Positions 15,661 through 24,040 of a stretch of 32,000 bases of DNA are shown one piece after another. The stretch's first letter is position 1, and every line of letters starts with the position of its first letter. Made by a program: the position numbers and the translations under genes. The stretch is from Candidatus Jordarchaeales archaeon. GTDB taxonomy: Archaea; Asgardarchaeota; Jordiarchaeia; Jordiarchaeales; Freyrarchaeaceae. The stretch spans positions 1,004,499-1,036,498 of the forward strand of contig JAWAHN010000001.1 of NCBI GenBank assembly GCA_038889235.1, given 5' to 3'. The notes beneath the pieces are model-generated. The model was not told where the DNA came from. It saw only the letters and a program-made list of their open reading frames with translations, and made no database searches.

Positions 15661-16964
15661 TCCCCTTTCTCTCCCCTATTCTTTCTAAAAATTTTTTCAC
15701 ATACTTTTTTGACATCTTCTACATATCTTTTTTCCGCGAAAACATAAACCTGCATCAGACTATTATACCTCGCTTTCAAGGTTTGAACTAAATTAGGGTC
15801 GTATTCCTCAAGTCCCCGCCCTCCTGCCCTCACCTCGCTCACTTCGGTGTAGTAATCTCGTGGTAGGTATATGAAAACATCTATTTCTGATATGTCAACA
15901 TCGTGCTGAAGCTTCCTTACTTCCATAATTATTTCGTTTCGCAGCTCATGATAGTCGACCATCCCGAGGGCGGCTCTAGAAACTTTTTCTGGAAATTCGC
16001 TTATGTGTGCGGCATATGCTTTTTTGGGAATTCTACGGTATCTCAATCTGTATGCTAGCTTTCTAGCCTCCTCCACACTGCTATTTGCAAGCATATTTAT
16101 GAACTGGTTGTCGTCGAGAAAAAATAGGTGATAGAAGTCATAATCTCCAAGCCCCTTTAGCAAGAGCTCTAATGCTAGACAACTGGCCGCCAGAGTGGTA
16201 TGATGCAAGTAAACCTTTTTCATCATCCAGAAACGGCTTTCCAGAACGCTTATCGCTGCCCCTATAGCGTCAGTCCTGTTTTTTAATGCAAGCCTTCCAT
16301 CCCCGTCTATTTCAAAAGAGGAGAAAATCCGGTCGTCATAACTTTGAGGAACCCCTGTGTAGTAAGCATCTCTTTTCAAGTAGTCGAGTCGGTCAGCATC
16401 CAGCGGACCATTCACTAATTGGCTCAAGTATCTTGGCTTTCCCTCTCCCATTATTATTTCTACAATGCGGCTTCTGTCTCTCTTACCATACCCTTCTTCC
16501 TCCAAAACCTCTCTTAATGGTATTGCCGCATCCATTATCTCTGGGTTCTCCTTCTGAAATTTCTTATAGCAAACTCCCTCAACTATTTCGCTAACAAATT
16601 TCTCATGCGGTGGTATTATGTTTGGATAAAACCTGCGAAAGAAGTCGGACACTACGTGGCTGAAAACAGGTGTTGCCACATCGTGAAGTAGCGCGGCAAG
16701 CCTTACAAATCTAACTTCTTCGTCGTCTAGTGGTATTTTTGACATCGAAATTATCTTATCGACGCACGCTCGTACGCCGAGGCTGTGCTGAAACCTTGAA
16801 TGTTCTGCCCCTGGGTAAACTAAGAATGCGAAGTCAAGCTGCTTAATTCCTCTTAATCTTTGCAATTCGAACGTATCTAGGATCTTCTTGTCAGTGGAAG
16901 TTAGGAAAATATCACCCCAAACAGAGTCCCTTACTTTCCATTCTTCTGTGCGCAAAAACTTCAC
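15657..16964 (-). CDS. Second HD-superfamily phosphohydrolase (COG1078-like)
   Basis: Motifs are RDSVWGDI, QRLRGIKQL, HSRFQHSLGV, LLHDVATPVFSH, DADRLDYLKRD and YLHHT. It overlaps the downstream HD gene by GTGA. Confidence 0.92.
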   Translation of the reverse strand: MKFLRTEEWKVRDSVWGDIFLTSTDKKILDTFELQRLRGIKQLDFAFLVYPGAEHSRFQHSLGVRACVDKIISMSKIPLDDEEVRFVRLAALLHDVATPVFSHVVSDFFRRFYPNIIPPHEKFVSEIVEGVCYKKFQKENPEIMDAAIPLREVLEEEGYGKRDRSRIVEIIMGEGKPRYLSQLVNGPLDADRLDYLKRDAYYTGVPQSYDDRIFSSFEIDGDGRLALKNRTDAIGAAISVLESRFWMMKKVYLHHTTLAASCLALELLLKGLGDYDFYHLFFLDDNQFINMLANSSVEEARKLAYRLRYRRIPKKAYAAHISEFPEKVSRAALGMVDYHELRNEIIMEVRKLQHDVDISEIDVFIYLPRDYYTEVSEVRAGGRGLEEYDPNLVQTLKARYNSLMQVYVFAEKRYVEDVKKVCEKIFRKNRGEKGE

Positions 16965-18107
16965 CTAAGATGGCGTCTTTTTATAAAGCAGAAGTGAATT
17001 ACTTGCGCCCTCAATTGCAATACCATTTAGCGCTTTCCTGTAAGCTTCAATGTATTCTTTCATCTTAGATAGATAATCGTGGACTTTATTGCAGCTCATA
17101 AGCGTGTATGTGTAACCCCCAAACGAGTAAGCTCTTGCCGTTGGAATGTATACGCTCTCCCCCTCCTCTCTTTCCTCCTTCAAAAGTTCTCTTTCACACA
17201 AAATTTCCAAATGTTTACTGCACATGTCTATTATCGCCTCTTTCATCACCTCATACCTTTTTCTTTCACTCTCGTCAATATGCTCGTTTTCGACCATTTT
17301 TTCATAATAACTCAATCTGGAAAACGCGATGTTCGCTATATCCTTAAGCGTAGGTTGCCCCCCCGTTATCATTATGAAAAAGTTTGCAGCTTCAAGGTAT
17401 GGAAGCGCTAAACGCTGCCCATCTTTCATGTCATCTCCATCTAAACCTCTTTTAGCAAATGAAGGGAGGACTAAATCGTCCACATCCACTCTGATCCTCT
17501 CTTTTTCGTAGATCCCAATATTCCTTTTTCTTTTCGCAACTGGTTGATATTTATAAAAATTATAAGCAAATGAATTATATATGACCTTGTCCTCCATTAA
17601 AAATGATTCTAAGGGTATTCTCCTCTCGCCCCACTTCACATTGAAAAGTACATGGTATGCCGTGTTAACTAAATTTTCATCAATTTTATGGGCCAAATCC
17701 GTTAATTCCTGCACAAAATCAACTAGTGAGTGGACTCTTACACCCATAACCTTCCTAAAATAATCATAGCCGCGCCAAGTCAGTAAAACATGTTCTCTCG
17801 AGTTTATATGTTGAACATATAGAAGCTTTCTCGCAGAAAGCAGACTGACAGCCCTAGGGAAATTTGCGTCTTCAGGACCAAAATAATCTATCACTATATG
17901 GTCTCGCTTTCTAAGCACAAGTGCGTCAAGTATGCAAAGCGCTTTCGCTAAGAGAGTTTTTCCCTCAAAAACTCCATCATGCCTATGCATCAGTAGGAAA
18001 ATAATTTTATCGTGCAATTTTTCTAATATAATCTTCCCTGAAAGCTCTTTTCTAACTTCTTTCGCCATCCGTTGAATGAGGTTTAAGGACGCTTCAATGT
18101 TAATCAT
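16965..18107 (-). CDS. Hypothetical protein, possibly with winged-helix segments (alternative start 18158)
   Basis: A long ORF abutting the HD gene, with a GGAGAAAGG RBS before ATG 18107. Segments such as AVSLLSARKLLYV...VLLTWRG and KHLEILCERELL..ER...SVY look like a wHTH recognition helix and wing; this is by eye only. Confidence 0.7.
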   Translation of the reverse strand: MINIEASLNLIQRMAKEVRKELSGKIILEKLHDKIIFLLMHRHDGVFEGKTLLAKALCILDALVLRKRDHIVIDYFGPEDANFPRAVSLLSARKLLYVQHINSREHVLLTWRGYDYFRKVMGVRVHSLVDFVQELTDLAHKIDENLVNTAYHVLFNVKWGERRIPLESFLMEDKVIYNSFAYNFYKYQPVAKRKRNIGIYEKERIRVDVDDLVLPSFAKRGLDGDDMKDGQRLALPYLEAANFFIMITGGQPTLKDIANIAFSRLSYYEKMVENEHIDESERKRYEVMKEAIIDMCSKHLEILCERELLKEEREEGESVYIPTARAYSFGGYTYTLMSCNKVHDYLSKMKEYIEAYRKALNGIAIEGASNSLLLYKKTPS

Positions 18108-18256
18108 ATCCTTTCTCCGAGTGAGGAAAAATCTCTTTGTATTTATAATTTTTTCCAAAAATTGTATATTCTAGGACTTCCTCCAAAAAATTTGGGATTA
18201 CACGCCTAAGTACATAGTTAGCGTCAAATATTCTCTCCGAAGGGAGTGGCGTTCAA

Positions 18257-19384
18257 GTGAGCAAGAGGCTACTTGGTTTCCTTATCAACCCGATTGCTGG
18301 AATCGGAGGCCGCTACGGCTTTAAGGGATCGGATGACCCCAAGTTGGTAGCTCTAGCTTTAAAGAAGGGGGCAAGGCTTGTTTCCCCTGAACGGGCAGAG
18401 AGAACACTAAAAGTCCTTTATCCTGTAAGGCAGAGTCTGCGTTTGTTATGTCCTCCAGGAATCATGGGTGCCGCCATTGCAAAGAAATACTCCTTTAACG
18501 TAGATGAACTACCTCTCGATATTCGCGAGCAAACAACTCCTCAAGACACCATAAATGCGGCGAAAATTATGCTTGAAGAAAATGTTTCCCTTATCCTTTA
18601 CGCTGGCGGTGATGGTACAACAGTAGATTTACTGAGCGCCGTAGGACAAAATGTACCCATTTTAGGTATACCTGCAGGAGTTAAAATATGGTCTGCAACG
18701 TTTGCAGAGAATCCGGAAACAGCTGGCCAAATAGCCATACGCTTCCTTTGGGAAGAGTTGCCGTTAAGAGAAGCGGAAGTCTTGGACGTTGACGAGGAGG
18801 CTTTCAGAAGAGGCGAGCTAATGGTTAAACTTAAGGGTTATGCACTAACTCCATACGAGCCCTTCTTACTTCAAGGGGCAAAAATGATGACGCCTCCCTC
18901 TTGCTATGAAAGGGACGCCCAATTAGCTATAGCTAACTACATTAAAGAGCTAATGGAGCCTGGTGTTCTTTACATTTTGGGACCAGGATCAACTTGCAAA
19001 GTCATAGCAGACGTCCTGGGCATCGAAAAAACGCCTCTAGGAGTGGACCTAGTTAAAGATGGCAAACTTGTCGTTAAGGATGCTAGCGAAGAAGAAATTC
19101 TCAAAACCCTTGCGCGTGAGAAAGAAGCAAGAATAATAGTTTCTCCCATTGGAAGACAGGGATTCATATTTGGAAGGGGCAACGCGCAGATAAGTAGTGA
19201 AGTTATAAGGAAAGTTGGTCTAAACAACGTCATCATTGTGGCGACTCCGTATAAACTTTCGTCGCTTCCGTTCCTTCGGGTAGACACTGGTGACCCGGAA
19301 CTAGATGCCAAGTTCAGGAACAATTACGTAAAAATAATTATTGGGTATCACGAAGAAACCGTGAAAAAGGTAGGTGGTTTGTGA
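18257..19384 (+). CDS. ATP-NAD kinase family protein (COG3199-like)
   Basis: Motifs are GFLINPIAGIGG...KGSD, YAGGDGT, GIPAGVKIWSATFA, LGPGST, TPLGVD and GRQGFIFGRGNAQIS. Confidence 0.88.
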   Translation: MSKRLLGFLINPIAGIGGRYGFKGSDDPKLVALALKKGARLVSPERAERTLKVLYPVRQSLRLLCPPGIMGAAIAKKYSFNVDELPLDIREQTTPQDTINAAKIMLEENVSLILYAGGDGTTVDLLSAVGQNVPILGIPAGVKIWSATFAENPETAGQIAIRFLWEELPLREAEVLDVDEEAFRRGELMVKLKGYALTPYEPFLLQGAKMMTPPSCYERDAQLAIANYIKELMEPGVLYILGPGSTCKVIADVLGIEKTPLGVDLVKDGKLVVKDASEEEILKTLAREKEARIIVSPIGRQGFIFGRGNAQISSEVIRKVGLNNVIIVATPYKLSSLPFLRVDTGDPELDAKFRNNYVKIIIGYHEETVKKVGGL

Positions 19385-19522
19385 AATTATTCCCACAGTC
19401 TTTAGCTTACCTGCTTTATGAATAACCTTTTTAAGCACCTGCAACTTACTGTTTCCCGTAACGCCAGGATTGTGAGTTTAATTTTTCAACAAAAATTAAT
19501 TGGCTAATTAAAGGTGTTAAGA

Positions 19523-19681
19523 ATGCCTAGGTCGAAGCTCGTTAGTTGTCCTAAATGTGGCTTCTCCTTCGACGTAAGCTACTCTCGCGTCTTTGCATGT
19601 AGTGGTTGTTCTTCCTCCGCCCTAGGGGACTGTGGTTTCATTAGATGTCCAAGATGCAAGCATGAGTTTCCAAGCAGGTAA
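19523..19681 (+). CDS. Small Cys-rich zinc-finger protein, 52 aa
   Basis: Below the ORF track cutoff. It reads MPRSKLVSCPKCGFSFDVSYSRVFACSGCSSSALGDCGFIRCPRCKHEFPSR, with three CxxC pairs plus one extra Cys and an AAGGTG RBS. Confidence 0.8.
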   Translation: MPRSKLVSCPKCGFSFDVSYSRVFACSGCSSSALGDCGFIRCPRCKHEFPSR

Positions 19682-19687
19682 ATTTTC

Positions 19688-20896
19688 CTACTCGACATGT
19701 ACTCTTAAGAGATCTACGTCGCCGGGTTCTCCCGGAATCCGCCTCTTGAGTATTTCAAGGAACTCTCTAACCGACCTTTTGATATCTTTAGACTGCGTGA
19801 TGTACCTTCCAACTATGAGTATGTGCGCTCCAGCATCTAATGCTTCGTCGGCATTTTCTGGAACAATGCCTCCTGCCACGGCAAAAAGCATTTTTTGCCC
19901 CTCAAAGGTCTTCTTAATCTCTTTTATCAGCTCCCACCTAGATCTCCTTCCGGACGACTCTGTATCGATTGCTCTGTGAATTATTACAACATCAGGGAGT
20001 TCTTTCAGCGACTTCAATTTCTCAATAGGGTCTGGGACATCCATCATATCTAGGAAAGCATAAATTCCAAGTCGTCTCGCTTCATAGATGAACTTATCAA
20101 TGGATTCCTTAGATGCGAGCCCAGAAGCAACTACTCCATCAGCAGTCTCCTCATATGCTAGGTCGACTTCTACCTGTGCAGTGTCTAAAGTTTTCAGGTC
20201 AGCTACTATAAACATGTCTGGAACTACTTCTCTAAGTTTGCCGATAACGCTTACACCATGCCTCTTTATCAGCGGAGTGCCTGCCTCGAGTATTATCATA
20301 TCACTCTTCGGTATTTCACTTACTACACGAATAGCCTGCTCCAATGACGGATTATCGAGTGCTATCTGCAAGTATGGAGGCCGCCATAGTCGAGGAACCT
20401 TAAAGCCCATTATTGGGTGCACCGCCCTATCTTTATCATACATTATCTTCTCTAGCGGCGGATATCCTTGCAAGGCTCGTCTTAAAGCAAGCTTTGTAGC
20501 ACTATAATTGTAGTGGTATATCTTCCTGTAATCCTTTGCTTCCGGGTGAACGAAAACGCTTGCTATTATCACCCATTCATCTGCCTTATCCGCTGGAATA
20601 ATCCCTTCCTCTACAGCGTCCGCTATAGCTTTAGCCACAGCAGACTGCGCTGGACCGAATATCTTGTTCGCCTGTTCCATGTTTTTAATAGTGACTTTCG
20701 GGATGATCAATACGTGCGGTTTTGGTGGTAGATTAGGTCTAATCACCCCTAGAAGCGGCGTGTGTCCCTGGGACATATGGGTTAAACCTTGGGCAAACGC
20801 TACTCCAACTGGGCCAAACTTGTCCCCTATGATTAGATCAATGTGCGCTACCTCCGCACCTTTGCCAACCAACGCCTCACCTATGTAAAACTCCAT
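19688..20896 (-). CDS. fae-hps: Bifunctional formaldehyde-activating enzyme / 3-hexulose-6-phosphate synthase
   Basis: The N-terminal Fae part has GEALVG.G.EVAHIDL and [10 protein letters not shown]. The C-terminal Hps part has [21 protein letters not shown] and AVAGGI...LIVGRYIT. Confidence 0.95.
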   Translation of the reverse strand: MEFYIGEALVGKGAEVAHIDLIIGDKFGPVGVAFAQGLTHMSQGHTPLLGVIRPNLPPKPHVLIIPKVTIKNMEQANKIFGPAQSAVAKAIADAVEEGIIPADKADEWVIIASVFVHPEAKDYRKIYHYNYSATKLALRRALQGYPPLEKIMYDKDRAVHPIMGFKVPRLWRPPYLQIALDNPSLEQAIRVVSEIPKSDMIILEAGTPLIKRHGVSVIGKLREVVPDMFIVADLKTLDTAQVEVDLAYEETADGVVASGLASKESIDKFIYEARRLGIYAFLDMMDVPDPIEKLKSLKELPDVVIIHRAIDTESSGRRSRWELIKEIKKTFEGQKMLFAVAGGIVPENADEALDAGAHILIVGRYITQSKDIKRSVREFLEILKRRIPGEPGDVDLLRVHVE

Positions 20897-20927
20897 TAAA
20901 ACCCCTCCCGGGGATGTTCTCTTAATA

Positions 20928-21785
20928 TCAATCTACTGATTTAAACCTTCTGAGCATGAACTTTTCTCCCTTTAGTTGTCGCATCTTTTTACTTACTAAT
21001 ATTCTTGCAACTTTTCCACTCCACTTTTCATGAGCTATGTCAACACTTTCTTCAGTTAAAATGAGATCAATATACTCGATCTGTTGCCTTACAGCTTGTT
21101 CAAGAACATCGTCTGCTATGTTATTAACTCCCTTAATTATACCATAAACTAGCAACTGTTCTAGGGGTGAACGCCAATAGTGGTAAGAATAAGAAACTTT
21201 AACTTTCCACCTATTTAGCACTTTTCTTAGAAACCTAGTATTAATGCTGTGCGTTATCACAACAGGTTCACGGTAATTCGTAAGTAAAGTTAACAGTTTC
21301 TCATAGCTTTCCCACACCTTGTTTCCCTCACTAAGATAAGCGTTAAGTAGTTGCTTCCACTCGTTTAAAAAGAGCTTACCGGTAGCTTTGCACTTAAATT
21401 CGAGAAGCAGCTGTTTTTCTGAAAGAGCAGCGCTTTCTATATGCTTTGTTACATCGTGATAACAGTACACGTCAAACTTCATTAACTTATATTTTACCTT
21501 TAACGCGTTTAAAATTGGTGAAAAAACCTTCCCTAGGTAACGAGTCGCAGGTTCACTTGCACCCGTAAGTTCCATATATTCTTTCCACAGCTCTCCCTCC
21601 TCAACTAATTCTAATAAGACGCACCGTGTGGTTTCACTCAACTCCTCTGGTAATGGAATGAAAAGAGCGTCGAACTCTTTACTCAAAATGTACTCTCCCG
21701 CACGCCTGCCCGCCTCCACGAATCTCGGGACATGGAGAAGTATCACACTTCCCATCGTGTCATCTGTTTTAAATGTACTTTTCAT
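20928..21785 (-). CDS. Hypothetical protein (~285 aa)
   Basis: A long ORF with a GAGAGGAG RBS before ATG 21785 and protein-like composition. I cannot name the family. Confidence 0.7.
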   Translation of the reverse strand: MKSTFKTDDTMGSVILLHVPRFVEAGRRAGEYILSKEFDALFIPLPEELSETTRCVLLELVEEGELWKEYMELTGASEPATRYLGKVFSPILNALKVKYKLMKFDVYCYHDVTKHIESAALSEKQLLLEFKCKATGKLFLNEWKQLLNAYLSEGNKVWESYEKLLTLLTNYREPVVITHSINTRFLRKVLNRWKVKVSYSYHYWRSPLEQLLVYGIIKGVNNIADDVLEQAVRQQIEYIDLILTEESVDIAHEKWSGKVARILVSKKMRQLKGEKFMLRRFKSVD

Positions 21786-21964
21786 ATGCTCTCTCCTCTC
21801 ACTTACCATATGTGCTCTTTTCCGCGCTTGCAAGTGTCTTTTATCTCTGGAAGGCGTGTCTCTTGGCCGCAACATTTACCAAAGGAAAAAGAGGGAAAAA
21901 GGAAATAAAAGCGTCATGGCTACATGTGTATGAATACATATTAACTTATGGTGGTGTTCCTGTT

Positions 21965-22543
21965 TTGGCTCCCGATGTAAAGAAGGTTCACAGGTTTGGC
22001 GTCGAAGACGATTTAGACGCATCCTTTCTTCATGAGAAATTTGACGAACTAGAAGAGATAACAGTTTTAGAGTTAGAAAAACTGGCTGATGTTTTACATC
22101 TCCTTTTGGATTTAGAACCTTACACATGTCCAGTAAGAGGTGTAGATACTCCTTGCATTCTATGCGAAGAGAAATGCAGCGCTGCCAATTACCAAGAGAT
22201 CGAAACTAAACTCGGAAAGGGGCGGAAAACGATCAACAGCTCCACGTTCTTTCTCGCCTTTGAGAAACATGACGAGGTTGAAAAGTTTCTAATTAGAAAG
22301 TTAGCACGGGAGTTATCCAAGAAAAAACTTAATGTAATTGACCCAGAAGAAGGGTATGATATCGGCTTTCTCTTTACACATGAAGATAGGTGGAGAATGG
22401 AAGAAATTGTATCCTTTGTGGTGAAACTGTTTGAAAAAGTGAGAGTTTTGCTGCCTGAAGCAAAGTCCCTCCTCAACTCCTGGGTGAGAAAGAAAGTAGA
22501 AGAGATGGAGCGCGAAGAAATGTTAAAGAAAGGGAAGCACTGA
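21965..22543 (+). CDS. ARPC4 (Arp2/3 complex subunit 4)-like protein
   Basis: TINS...DEVEKFLIRKLAR...PEEGYDIGFLFT...IVSFVVKLFEKV...K..LNSWVRKKVEE parallels eukaryotic ARPC4 SINS...DEIEKILCHKFMR...PVEGYDISFLIT...LVDFVIHFMEEI...K..VNARARIVAEE (recalled from memory). A GGTGGTG RBS precedes TTG 21965. Confidence 0.8.
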   Translation: MAPDVKKVHRFGVEDDLDASFLHEKFDELEEITVLELEKLADVLHLLLDLEPYTCPVRGVDTPCILCEEKCSAANYQEIETKLGKGRKTINSSTFFLAFEKHDEVEKFLIRKLARELSKKKLNVIDPEEGYDIGFLFTHEDRWRMEEIVSFVVKLFEKVRVLLPEAKSLLNSWVRKKVEEMEREEMLKKGKH

Positions 22544-22589
22544 CCCAGAATTTTTATTTTCCAAAATCTTTCATTCGCCCGTCTTTATC

Positions 22590-23792
22590 TCACTCTTCTA
22601 ATTCATATTCCTCGAAGGGGATGCCTGCTCTCTCTTTTAGTGCCTTTATTCTTTCAATTACTGTACGTATCTCCCCGCGTATTTTCGAGCGCTGGACAGC
22701 ATATTCTGCTTTCTCTATAGCTCCTGCTTGATACCTCATTGTAATATATTCTAATTGTTCCCTAAGCGATTTGAGTCTGCTCTTGAGCTCCTCTATTTCC
22801 TCGAGTAAAGTTGGAGATGCTGCCTGCTCTTTTATTACCTCGACTGGTAGCTTTGTAACAATTTGTGCTCCTCCTTTCTGAGATAACATTCTCGCAGCAA
22901 ATACCCTAAACTCGTTTACGAATGCGTCGAAGCGTTTTCTCAAATTAACAACTTCCACTAGAATTTTATCCAGTTGAGGGACATACATTGTTACATCAGG
23001 TACTCCTGACACTGCTGCTCTCTCCGAAGGAAGAATTACAGGTGCTTCATGTTGTGAAGTGTCCTCTTCCTCCAACGCGGGGACTGGAAGCGAAATGCTT
23101 TGAGCTTCTTTTCTCTTCTCTTTGAGCCAATTAAAGATATTTAAGGCGAAAAGAGAGTTCTGAGCAGCATTTAATCCACCAGCAGCTCTATCCCTAAATA
23201 TCTCGTATGAACCTAAAGCTACGACTTTGCCCACTCCGAACTCAGCAACAGCGGCAACGATAGCTTCTGGCGGCTCGGCGGTTTTGCTTGCAAAAGCCAC
23301 ACCTTCTGCATTTCCGCCAACAATTTTTAGTCCGCAGCCTGCAGGGTAGCATATCTCGCTAAGTCCTTGCGTAACAGGGTGATCTGAGAAGCGCGTGACT
23401 CTTGGTATGTTTCTGCTCATGTAATTTTGCCTTTCATCAATGACTTGATTATTCTGAAAAGATATCCCAAATCTTTCAGCTATGGCGTTTAAGTTAGTTC
23501 TTAACCCCGGATCCCCTCCTGCATGACTCATGATCAAAAGTCCTCCCCCGCGGGCTACAAAATTCACTATGGCATCCACTTCCGAAGGAGTAAACTTCGA
23601 CTGATCAGGACAGGGGATTACCAGAATATCAAATTTCTCTAGCTTTTCCTTGGTCACAGGCGGCTCTACCAGTCTAATACATTGAAATCCTTCTTTCTCA
23701 AGTAATCCCTTAAGCCCACTATAATTCAGTGCTAAGCGTCCTCGCTCCTTTTGTGTTTCGTCAAAGAGGACCTTGTAATTAAAGGCGCTCAT
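22590..23792 (-). CDS. GIFT/DUF4350 (IFT52-like GATase-fold) domain protein with C-terminal coiled coil and helical hairpin
   Basis: The N-domain reads VLFDE..KE...YSGL...L...VTKEKL..FDILVIPCP..KFTPSE..AI..FV..GGGLLIM...GG...RTNLN.I..RFGI.F.NN.V. A Pro/Ala/Glu linker follows, then heptad repeats. There is no signal peptide or TM helix. Confidence 0.75.
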   Translation of the reverse strand: MSAFNYKVLFDETQKERGRLALNYSGLKGLLEKEGFQCIRLVEPPVTKEKLEKFDILVIPCPDQSKFTPSEVDAIVNFVARGGGLLIMSHAGGDPGLRTNLNAIAERFGISFQNNQVIDERQNYMSRNIPRVTRFSDHPVTQGLSEICYPAGCGLKIVGGNAEGVAFASKTAEPPEAIVAAVAEFGVGKVVALGSYEIFRDRAAGGLNAAQNSLFALNIFNWLKEKRKEAQSISLPVPALEEEDTSQHEAPVILPSERAAVSGVPDVTMYVPQLDKILVEVVNLRKRFDAFVNEFRVFAARMLSQKGGAQIVTKLPVEVIKEQAASPTLLEEIEELKSRLKSLREQLEYITMRYQAGAIEKAEYAVQRSKIRGEIRTVIERIKALKERAGIPFEEYELEE

Positions 23793-24040
23793 ACTTTCCC
23801 TCCCATTACCATTTTAATTTCGCCTACTCGTGAATAAAATAATACTTTCCTGTAGTAGAAATTAATTTCTCTCCTATAAATCAGAGCAACTGCATGTAAT
23901 AAAAGACGTTTTAGCAAACTCCAAAAAATTCCCATTACACTTTCAAGCCTTTGCGCTCTAAACCCTAAGATTGGAGTGGATTTTTCTACTACACAAACTT
24001 ATTTAAGGGTTTACCTTCATAATTACTAGGGAGGGCTCCA

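Noticed and set aside
13814-18256. Integrated element or island at the tRNA-Ser 3' end
   Set aside because: There is no integrase, transposase or visible duplication of the tRNA 3' end (att site) in the window.
21773-21964. N-terminal 64-aa extension of the ARPC4-like ORF
   Set aside because: It overlaps the start and promoter of the divergent gene, and a good RBS precedes TTG 21965.
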